A DNA stretch of 30,315 bases from an uncultured Azospirillaceae bacterium (GCA_964383725.1 CAYLIN010000001.1:1-30315); one strand, 5' to 3'. Positions 20,301-26,526 are shown, numbered from the stretch's first letter. The notes: generated by a model not told the origin, from the sequence alone. Numbers and translations are program-made.

Positions 20301-22141
20301 TGAATACAGGTGTTTTGCCAGCGGTCACAAAATCATGCACTCCGGCAACTTATGACAGCTCGGTCGAAGGAAATCGTAAAGAAGGTGAAACTTTATATCA
20401 ATCTTGTGCCTGCAAAGAGTCATTTACTCATACATGCTCTGGTAATGGTCATATTGTAGAAAATGCTCAGCCTTATTGTCAAAAAGTGCCAAATGGCAGC
20501 AAGTTGTATGAATATTGCGCTTGTTCTGATGATTTCATTACCCAATGCAAGGCTGACACATCCAATCCGGGATTGACAGCACCACGCTCAGAAATCAAAA
20601 TATGTACACCATTAAATCCGTCTGCTGCCGGATATGAGGGCATTACGGGGTCTTTGTATTCATCTTGTGAATGCGGTCAAGCTTATCGCTTTGAATGTGA
20701 AAAGAATAATGCTTATGGTGATGACAAAGACAAATGTGAAGATCCGGTGACGCATAAGACATATTATAGCGCCTGCAACTGTGATCAAACATTATATCCG
20801 GAGAAGTGCGACGGCAACGGTGTTATACCGATAGATGCCGAAGATAAGTGCGTCAAACAATATAATGAAGGAACGGCCTCACGGAGTACCACCTATTACA
20901 GTGGCTGTAAATGTGAAGATAAATACAAATACAGCTGTACAGATCCATCAGACGGACAAGGGATTTATTATACGCCGGAAACATATGCATTGAACACGAT
21001 TAGTGCGAACAATATCTGCTCTTATAAATATATGGGTGAAACCTTTAAGCAATATACTCACTGTCCGTGTCCGAGTTCATACACAGACTGTGCCGCAGAC
21101 GGAAAGGTAGCTGCAGAAAACAGTAAGCTCTGCATGGAAGTTTCTGCGGACGGAACAGTTACGGAAAAATACAGCGCTTGCAGCTGTGATGTATCCGCCG
21201 AAGCAGAAAAATTGCGTAACTGGGGTTATGTTGCCTCATCCGCTTCAAGCGTTACGGATCCGATTTTTGCTCAAGAGGTTGAAGAAATGTGTGGGCATAA
21301 ACAAAACTTTATTGCCAAACGAGGTATCTGTACCCCTTTATACTTCAAGTGTGGTATTAACGATACAAGCTATAGATACACAGAAGCTTCATGCGCCGCT
21401 GAAACTTGGGGAACCAGTGCAAACAAATGGACAACAAAACCGCAGGAACTAACCGGCAGCCAGTGTAAAAACTTTGAAACAGAAGCCTTAAGAGGGATGA
21501 CGGTCGGCAACAGTGCACAAGATGATATGACAAATGAAAAATCTTATTATCAACAAAGCACTGTCGGCAACTTATGCACACAATGCGACTGCGCTGATAT
21601 TTATAAATATACGGAAAGTTTGTGTGATGAAATCAGTAGAGATTCATCTAAAGGCGGCTCTGAATTTAATAATAAATGTTTTATTATTGGTACGGCTCAA
21701 CCTTTGAAATACATGACGAATTGTGATGATCTGAAATATTTACAACAACCAAGTAACGAGGATATAACCTACTGGAATAATCCATTTTCAGCCTCAACAA
21801 AAATTTTGACGGTGCAAGGTAACTCTTGTGTCAACAGAAACCAAGAGACAAAATGGGAATATTGCGACTGCAATGCAGATTCTTTGCGTTATATCAGGAC
21901 ACACATGGACAAAGATGAAGGTGACATGAAATATTATTTTTGTTTTGAGCCGGATTTAAACAAATCAACGCCTACAGATATTGCATTATATGACGCTGTT
22001 TGTACGCTAGATGGTCATTTGGGGAAAGCTAGGTTTCCAGGTGAAACATGTACGGAAGGCGCCCAAAACTGTCACCATTGCACTTACTCATCTGCAGGTG
22101 GCGGCTTTTTCTATAGCCGAGCATTTACCAAAAGATACTAA
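14348..22141 (+). CDS. Giant (2597 aa) exported cysteine-rich repeat protein, function unknown
   Basis: Uninterrupted 7.8-kb ORF; Sec signal MSKLKRNLFLLVVALLTAKVVYA; Ser/Thr linker; about 30 recurring CxC..C..C..YxxC modules. Confidence 0.93.
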   Translation: MSKLKRNLFLLVVALLTAKVVYAAVVPIVDTPASSSYGQKYLMTPLSSSSSSGETTPRTSTYSGVTCGTITATTENGCKTTLGIDDAVATPCDGGKYTCSCPSTYNKSCTSSSEMGVGVACGGKYKSCQTIGSITCNEIVAMRTGLPLEQVDVEKDFKFGFETTNSSNCQTSSPFNYTLYRCKLNASDTTEVNFCMYPICQELINNPNHPLRIHDKYHPNDPTPNADMLLQYPEGDPFSRIYCYDTTSQNYSRAYYCNEEYTETPVGECASNERHEICEVEKTRKYGECTDSPSTLCSIEDTSFILKRRLRKEDFYSGGVDDCHFSAEFMDGFKNGTCVLLNENGRILPSGYSQTDHCQCNSGEKDVPPVYPYTQACEGYRIESGSPLVGSAVVPVVSKLNLPISNNKDVLDFCLWDAQSSVPYYDEKEPDEHGTLISVSAAYNANTYTTTFAAEKLRYKSCLPKCPDNFQITLASEVDKSTFTCPNGLPPNSCAVEISATDSAITGYVKMLHEKFSMNIPTFYEEALYCGCPLDWKTSCPAGEALAGSKCSSGGTDYYSHCVKTCDNTSPKQSTPVKESGTETKCSTVEGGEFVQTHIPNTGKCSANGDFSQTVSCGSDNAQCCLSATECYTDFFKVSESASSCIPMNVADTFPSLCIDPSVALQKSPIVSVQCSCPDNYKSCSDASSSGIGARCPFEGSDKYAECSVGCPTDKTEYLVTNIEDCKIGSENGKISECYTDVSDLSTKKYICKCPDSFNPRDGHMWNFNILGHCIRLTMESEYLYSDNNKLADLTRCKNNTKCTQCLKEFVGYGTSCDFDARNASGTIEQSLIKHQSIIISCKFLEENFDNKLHIVDNFNDCAALGLGTPTEDNYRCHDPVQNKRRSICRCPGEFRTKSEFCNSSQARPAGISEADCLRDYNPIGEVCALDTSPRYWTGYQDVLTNVKADVPRFKTFVNSCPDSTIRPAYDSKEKCMVGDDPTADFNKDYEHRAHQCSVESEDGSGERFYCDCPSSFITECKNPNEILGGLSCEYDSLDYNDRKYQKCLPQCEETAETPVVISPEDCPTVDGEAADTSYKCFNKKGDPIERTACRCPKNGWQTLEEYCGNDGVTYKERKYTKEECLKSFIGVGTVCTFDGYGVRKYQRFEITCPTDRPLFYTSDECSQATIPGTVDYTCYEKDNLQQQRVVCKCPSSWVDVEGKKVSAGSQICSTTEEASGTTCNFDSLTSLKYEKCYPKCQSVPTNGQNLTYMDEEEPTILDCTEKLGDGATFGVDSNGSKCSKNHELYTPCYCGPDFINTCQNDNQRPAENSLACTIGGTTYYKTCENNACREPSSSIAIIEMASGNTNADAACKSRFGSGATGRNCGISQAECSCDPRTFVETCDYPLDKPDKSKVEWCRLGEGSTQMENGTDHFKLGECKVRTLLAKCGKHILLDSGRQDSTPIIYVTETESQCKTRFGSGAKAQLCEYEDNTDKRAFNCYFSLSDFPITEDTCPVRHVLSSEYITYNNTKYYKSCDCHSAYKHHKYNCSGMLSGGACTQKLTKEMIDADVTLKEAGISVGTELSQYPYCQCTSDYSQVCDGERYIGVGKPCNGKYTACECKKDELPENWADNYYGCPGGKKPTGVTKPNGCGGKYYQCSVTECTWQHTEKCLSPLIGVDPCQDNQGNIGGYKSCRCPDGYKKCSDGIVGKGEPCILNGDYYYTSCEETTTCNHGESKTCQEEFLVGVNPCTRNNVTYFEYCKCSAGFDKLCDDGEVGVGLACKLNGKEYYQSCSKPSSTCTSEHTETCDTFQEKYDPCVSSDNKLLYKCKCPSNWSTCRDTGSADGADRCTATDGTIYYNQCAVSGQCSPLQEKTYSVCTSSQKGSGGSCVSTESNITKYAVCEETSSCRLNGYKYTCLGFDQEALGTDSCVDENGNRLYKECKCPAKWITCPGKNNKKGRSCTGLSESGASMEPVYESCTCDATLYKYTCQIEEFGSNLNTGVLPAVTKSCTPATYDSSVEGNRKEGETLYQSCACKESFTHTCSGNGHIVENAQPYCQKVPNGSKLYEYCACSDDFITQCKADTSNPGLTAPRSEIKICTPLNPSAAGYEGITGSLYSSCECGQAYRFECEKNNAYGDDKDKCEDPVTHKTYYSACNCDQTLYPEKCDGNGVIPIDAEDKCVKQYNEGTASRSTTYYSGCKCEDKYKYSCTDPSDGQGIYYTPETYALNTISANNICSYKYMGETFKQYTHCPCPSSYTDCAADGKVAAENSKLCMEVSADGTVTEKYSACSCDVSAEAEKLRNWGYVASSASSVTDPIFAQEVEEMCGHKQNFIAKRGICTPLYFKCGINDTSYRYTEASCAAETWGTSANKWTTKPQELTGSQCKNFETEALRGMTVGNSAQDDMTNEKSYYQQSTVGNLCTQCDCADIYKYTESLCDEISRDSSKGGSEFNNKCFIIGTAQPLKYMTNCDDLKYLQQPSNEDITYWNNPFSASTKILTVQGNSCVNRNQETKWEYCDCNADSLRYIRTHMDKDEGDMKYYFCFEPDLNKSTPTDIALYDAVCTLDGHLGKARFPGETCTEGAQNCHHCTYSSAGGGFFYSRAFTKRY
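19067..21187 (+). repeat. Tandem array of about 18 degenerate Cys modules (roughly 30-55 aa each) within the giant protein
   Basis: Examples: CQCTSDYSQVCDGERYIGVGKPCNGKYTAC; CRCPDGYKKCSDGIVGKGEPCILNGDYYYTSC; CKCSAGFDKLCDDGEVGVGLACKLNGKEYYQSC; CPCPSSYTDCAADGKVAAENSKLCMEVSADGTVTEKYSAC. Confidence 0.85.
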
Positions 22142-22146
22142 AAGCA

Positions 22147-22170
22147 ACCGCCGGTAAACACACCGGCGGT
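22147..22170. terminator. GC-rich hairpin directly after the giant gene stop; possible terminator or 3' stabiliser
   Basis: ACCGCCGGT-aaacac-ACCGGCGGT, a perfect 9-bp stem with only a weak U-tract. Confidence 0.6.
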
Positions 22171-22411
22171 ATGTTAGCGTCATTTTACCGAAGGAAATGC
22201 ATGAAAGGTGTCATGACATCATCATGACACCTTTCTCATTCTTTTCTGATTTTATCAGCGATGATACATTCTCAAATGTAACTATGCCATTAAAATGCAG
22301 ATTGAATGTGTGTGCACTCATAATGGCAAGTTACCATCATCGTGAACAATTAAAATTTAGCTATAGATTTTTATCTTTCCAGAGAGCCTAGCCGAATTAT
22401 CATATCTGCAT

Positions 22412-22444
22412 AAAAAAACAACCGTTCCCTTATGGGAACGGCTG
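22412..22444 (-). terminator. Intrinsic terminator of the beta-barrel gene
   Basis: Minus strand CAGCCGTTCCC-ataa-GGGAACGGTTG followed by U7, 10 nt after the stop. Confidence 0.85.
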
Positions 22445-22454
22445 CCTTTTTGAC

Positions 22455-23117
22455 CTAGAAAGTTAAAATACTAACCCTGAAGGTCAGCGAAAAGGTGAGA
22501 GCCACCTTCTCTGTTTGGAGTTTCCATCCCCCGATTTGGGAGTTGAAATCTACTCCGTCGATGTCAATGCCACCATCGGGAACAAGGCGATTTGCCTCAA
22601 AGGGGCGATATACGCACCCTACACCACCGATGAGCGAACATCTATTGGACATTCGCCACTCCAACTTGAAGTTGGCGAAGCCCTGAGGAAGAACCTTTGC
22701 ATCAAGAAAATCTTGATGCAAATTAATCTTCTCATCTTCAGAGGCCGCATTGTAGCGATAGCCCCTATATTGTTTGCCCACACCCACTCCGAGTTCGAGG
22801 GTGGGCTGCACACGCCACGTCAGCGGACAGAGTTTTCTGCCAACGCCGACACCGGCAATCAGCCCTTTTCGAGCATATCCGCCTTCCACAAAGAATGACC
22901 ATCCTTTGTGATAGCGAGAAACGCGGAGTTGGCTGCCCCAGTCAAGTTTGCCGGCCCCTGTGATGGGATCTTTATCCAGCGTTACTTGGGGGGTGACGTC
23001 GATCAGCAGGCAATTGTTGCCAGTGCCTACATTATATACGACGTTCTTATTTTGAGCGGTTGCTGCGATAGTAGTGAACACCATCATGATAATAGCAGCA
23101 AAAAAGTTTTTGGTCAT
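22455..23117 (-). CDS. Probable small outer-membrane beta-barrel protein, Bacteroidota-style
   Basis: Signal peptide ending ATA-Q; alternating amphipathic strands (WSFFVEGGY, LELGVGVG, ANFKLEW, ALTFSLTFRV); C-terminal Phe. Confidence 0.75.
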   Translation of the reverse strand: MTKNFFAAIIMMVFTTIAATAQNKNVVYNVGTGNNCLLIDVTPQVTLDKDPITGAGKLDWGSQLRVSRYHKGWSFFVEGGYARKGLIAGVGVGRKLCPLTWRVQPTLELGVGVGKQYRGYRYNAASEDEKINLHQDFLDAKVLPQGFANFKLEWRMSNRCSLIGGVGCVYRPFEANRLVPDGGIDIDGVDFNSQIGGWKLQTEKVALTFSLTFRVSILTF

Positions 23118-23256
23118 TGTAGTTAACGGGGGGTTAGAAAGCCTAATGGCGGTGCGAACACGTTCGCGATGCCATTAGCTTTGAGTTTCGAAAAAAAAGA
23201 GAAATTATAATCCGGCTTTTGAAAGCGCGCCGGATAAGGGCACTAAAGGACTTTGC

Positions 23257-25410
23257 TTAAAACCACATTCCGCCCCAGAAGCCATTAGCGCTCTTGGTAA
23301 TCTGACCACGGAAAGGTTCCGGGAGATTGTTAACAGAAATAGTGTGGATACCGAAGCTCTTGTTCTGACCTTTGATGGTTACATAGCAAAAGCCGTTCTT
23401 ATAGCTGTCGTCCTTTTTGGAGAAATCACCACCCAGGTAGGCAACCTCGCTGTTATCAGCTGTGCTGTTGTTAACACTGATGTAACGGTTGGGGTTGTTC
23501 TGAAGGAAGTTGTCGAGTTCCTGAGTCGAGACATATGCCTGACGGAAAGGAACTTCGGCGTTTCCATCCTGGAAAACTGCAATCATTTTCTGATTGTGGT
23601 CGTTGATATTCCGGAAAACGAGACCGTGGAAAGTGTTGTACTCGCCGGTCTTTTCGCTCCAAGAATAAGTTGTGGCGAAATGCTGAGCGTAAGCCTCGTC
23701 CACTTCCCATCCGGGGATGGTGTGTTCGGGCTTTTTAACCTTTACAACAAATTCCTGAGTTGCACTTGCGCGCATGTCTTCTGCGGTTGCAGTATAGACA
23801 ACAGAATAGTGGAAAAGGTCATAAACAGTATTCTCTTCTACGGTGCCGGCTACGGGAGCAGCGCCGTTGAGAGTGGTTTCAGGATCAGCAATTTCATACT
23901 TCTTGCCTGCGTATTCAACATAAAGGTTGCGGTTCATAGAAACCACAACATTGTTCTTTACAGTGCTGTTATAAGTATGAACAAAGGTGGCAGACATTTT
24001 GTCACCCTTGAGGTTATTGCCTTGGTAGTTGCCGCTCTTTACCCAGCTGCCAGCCTCATGGTTGGTACGCGTGAGCTGGTTGTTCTCTGCCTCCAGAGTG
24101 ATGAGGTTTTCAGCGCGAACGCTGAATTCCCTGTTACCACTGAAGGTCAGAAGCACTTTATCAGCGTCGATAGAGTGTTCTTCGATCAGCTTACCGTTGA
24201 TTGCACCGTTTTTCTCGGTGTAGTCAAGATAAATACGAACGACTGCGTCTTTCTCCTTTTCTACACGACCCTGGAAGGCCTGAGTAGCAGAGGCAACAAC
24301 AACATCCCATGACATGGCATAGGTGATGGTGGTGTTGATGTAGTTGAAATCAGCATCTTCTGATGCAGCCTCTTCTCTGTTTACTTCGGCAAATACCGGA
24401 GTGGGAACAGAATAAGTCTGGCTAATGCCATGATATTCAACAACAACCTCTTTCGGATAGGTTGCGGTCAGAGTTACCTCACCCTGTTCATAGCGGAAGA
24501 TGTTAGCATTCTGATTGGCAACGCCTACGCTATTGAGAGTGTTGTAGCTGATGAGATTACCAGCTTTCAGAGAAGCCTCGAAAGGCTTTCTGATTTCTTC
24601 GCGGTTGTTGAGCTCGGGGTGCAAGGTGTGACCCTCTACACCGTCGAATACAACTTCGTTACCCTCCTGATGAAGGTTTTCTATAGCATAGAAAACTTCA
24701 TCTTTCTCTGAAGTGGTGAACACAACAGAGAAATCATAGATAACATCGTCACCCTCGCTCATAGAAGCGGTGAAATGTGCGGGTACGTTGTAGGTGTTGT
24801 CGGAACCTGCAACTTTTTCAGCATCGCCGAAGCTGATGCTGATATTGCGCACGTAGTTGGAGCAGAGGCTGCCGTTGAACACGGTACCTTCAGCATTCCA
24901 ACCTTCCACCTGCTGATCAACAGTAAAGATCCATTGCTGGGTCTTGTTGGCATAGCTGATGAACGAGGGCTCAACGCTCTTCGAACTGTTCACCAACACC
25001 TCGCGGTTTGCAATGCTGACTTTGTTTCCGTCAACATTGAAGGTTTTGCCGGCGATCTCGGAAACAGCGTCTCCGGAAAGGGCACCGGTAAGACCAGTGA
25101 GAGTGAAGCTGTGCTCCACATTGAAAGACTTAATCTCGTTCTTCTCGGTGTCATCACTGTAAATCAGCGAAAACTCCTTGTTGAACGAATAAGCCTTAGT
25201 GATGGTGGTAACACTATTCACACTGGAAGCGTTGGTTTCAAGGGAGCTGTTCAGCTCACACTCATAACCGAGAACGTCTTCCAAAGAGCTCTCCACGGGA
25301 GTGGAGGGATCAAATGCTACTTCTCCTTTAGTGTAGAGGTAAGGTTCGTCATTGCATGAGCTCATTACGAAAGCCGCGATGATAGCGGCAAAGATTTTGT
25401 TTGTTTTCAT
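23257..25410 (-). CDS. Bacteroidota-style lipoprotein, 717 aa, with internal beta-rich repeats; function unknown
   Basis: ATG 25410: MKTNKIFAAIIAAFVMSSC-NDE lipobox, A-rich leader without SD, strongly biased codon usage. Confidence 0.85.
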   Translation of the reverse strand: MKTNKIFAAIIAAFVMSSCNDEPYLYTKGEVAFDPSTPVESSLEDVLGYECELNSSLETNASSVNSVTTITKAYSFNKEFSLIYSDDTEKNEIKSFNVEHSFTLTGLTGALSGDAVSEIAGKTFNVDGNKVSIANREVLVNSSKSVEPSFISYANKTQQWIFTVDQQVEGWNAEGTVFNGSLCSNYVRNISISFGDAEKVAGSDNTYNVPAHFTASMSEGDDVIYDFSVVFTTSEKDEVFYAIENLHQEGNEVVFDGVEGHTLHPELNNREEIRKPFEASLKAGNLISYNTLNSVGVANQNANIFRYEQGEVTLTATYPKEVVVEYHGISQTYSVPTPVFAEVNREEAASEDADFNYINTTITYAMSWDVVVASATQAFQGRVEKEKDAVVRIYLDYTEKNGAINGKLIEEHSIDADKVLLTFSGNREFSVRAENLITLEAENNQLTRTNHEAGSWVKSGNYQGNNLKGDKMSATFVHTYNSTVKNNVVVSMNRNLYVEYAGKKYEIADPETTLNGAAPVAGTVEENTVYDLFHYSVVYTATAEDMRASATQEFVVKVKKPEHTIPGWEVDEAYAQHFATTYSWSEKTGEYNTFHGLVFRNINDHNQKMIAVFQDGNAEVPFRQAYVSTQELDNFLQNNPNRYISVNNSTADNSEVAYLGGDFSKKDDSYKNGFCYVTIKGQNKSFGIHTISVNNLPEPFRGQITKSANGFWGGMWF

Positions 25411-25685
25411 TGCTTTATTGTTTTTTTTATTATTATTACAAATGAATATTCCACTCTTCAATACTGTTTTTTCAACAATAATTGTTTCTCATTTTTTCGA
25501 TAGATTCTCTCTAACACCTCAACGTTATGAGCAATGTCCAAGAAAACTTCAGTGAAAATAATTGGAATAAGAATGGAATAAAAAAAGATTTTACACTTAT
25601 AAATTTACCACAGTCTAACCAAAAATACAATAGTTATTTGTAAAACGAATCGAAAGAAATGCCAGAAATAAGATGATATGTTTTT

Positions 25686-26342
25686 TTAGTGATATGTGCG
25701 GATCAAGCCACTTAATACACCCTGAATTTTAACTCGGGATGCGGCTAAACGTCGAGGCTCATAAGCTGCGTTTTTGGGAACCAAAACAACCTCTGCCCCG
25801 TCTTTTCGTATCTGTTTTAAAGTGGCTTCGCAGTTATCAACCAATGCAACAACAATATCCCCATTATTGGCCGTGTCTGCTTTACGGATAATAACCGTAT
25901 CTCCGTCAAGAACCCCGATATCCACCATGGAATCCCCTTCAATGGTCAAGGCGTAAAACTGTCCGCGGCTGACCATCTCATACGGAACGGCAAACTTGTC
26001 ATTTTCATTGGCGATTGCCTCAATCGGTGTACCGGCCGCAATCTTGCCGTAAAGAGGAATCTCAACCATTGCCGTCTTTAGCGCTTCTTCCCGCTTACGC
26101 TCCTCCTCAATAATCGAACTGGGCTTGAGTTTGGGAAGGCGCAAAACCTCAAGCGCACGCGCTTTATGCGGCATTTTTTTCAAAAAATTACGCTCAACCA
26201 AGGCCTCAATCAACGCATGAATACCCGACTTAGACTTCAAGTTAACAGCCTCTTTCATCTCATCAAAAGACGGAGAACAACCGGTTTCTTTAATAACCTT
26301 ATTGATAAAAAGCAAAAGTTTATATTGTTTTTCCGTCAGCAT
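25686..26342 (-). CDS. lexA: SOS repressor LexA
   Basis: MLTEKQYKLLLFI...SPSFDEM...SKSGIH winged HTH, IAAGTP Ala-Gly cleavage site, GDSM (Ser) and ATLK (Lys). Confidence 0.97.
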   Translation of the reverse strand: MLTEKQYKLLLFINKVIKETGCSPSFDEMKEAVNLKSKSGIHALIEALVERNFLKKMPHKARALEVLRLPKLKPSSIIEEERKREEALKTAMVEIPLYGKIAAGTPIEAIANENDKFAVPYEMVSRGQFYALTIEGDSMVDIGVLDGDTVIIRKADTANNGDIVVALVDNCEATLKQIRKDGAEVVLVPKNAAYEPRRLAASRVKIQGVLSGLIRTYH

Positions 26343-26387
26343 GATTGTTTCCTTAGTAATAATTAAGGTTATATTAGCGTATATTTT

Positions 26388-26420
26388 GTTCTAGTTTAGT
26401 TCTTTTTTATTAAATGTCAA
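26388..26420 (-). promoter_or_regulatory. lexA promoter with alphaproteobacterial SOS box
   Basis: GTTC-tagttta-GTTC (26388-26402) overlaps -10 TAAACT (26398-26393); -35 TTGACA at 26420-26415. Confidence 0.85.
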
Positions 26421-26498
26421 CACTTTCATTTTCCAACCTCTCATCTCCGGTTTCATATCCACATTTTTTCAAAATTTTTGCTTATTTTAAATAAATTA

Positions 26499-26526
26499 TT
26501 GAAAAATTTTTCGATAGCTTTATAGT
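26499..26526 (+). promoter_or_regulatory. Putative sigma70 promoter of lysS
   Basis: TTGAAA-16-TATAGT, about 50 nt before the ATG. Confidence 0.5.

Noticed and set aside
14348-22141. Giant protein as a multiheme cytochrome or metal-cluster protein
   Set aside because: No CxxCH was found by eye (CDCH is CxCH, and CHHC is followed by T). The Sec signal and spacing favour disulfides.
9319-22141. RND operon as the secretion system for the giant protein
   Set aside because: The pump is an HAE1 proton antiporter, not a T1SS ABC transporter. A terminator separates them, and the protein has a Sec signal.
22197-22391. 64-aa ORF in the hairpin-rich spacer
   Set aside because: No protein-like features; it overlaps two stem-loops and is probably spurious. 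A small toxin cannot be fully excluded, but it is not hydrophobic.
23154-23166. GCGAAC-AC-GTTCGC as a Gram-positive SOS (Cheo) box
   Set aside because: The spacer is 2 nt rather than 4; it is better explained as the tip of an RNA hairpin.
23210-23240. GCCGGATAAGG resembling enterobacterial REP sequences
   Set aside because: A single short match, with no other copies seen and no REP-associated transposase.
23344-24312. 322-aa plus-strand ORF (also the 194-aa ORF at 24775-25359)
   Set aside because: Antisense shadows of the codon-biased lipoprotein gene; Val/Leu-rich mirror composition, with no RBS or motifs.
25620-25627. TAnnTTTG Bacteroidota -7 promoter element upstream of the lipoprotein (minus strand)
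   Set aside because: About 210 nt from the start, in AT-rich sequence, with no clear TTTG -33 partner; could be chance.
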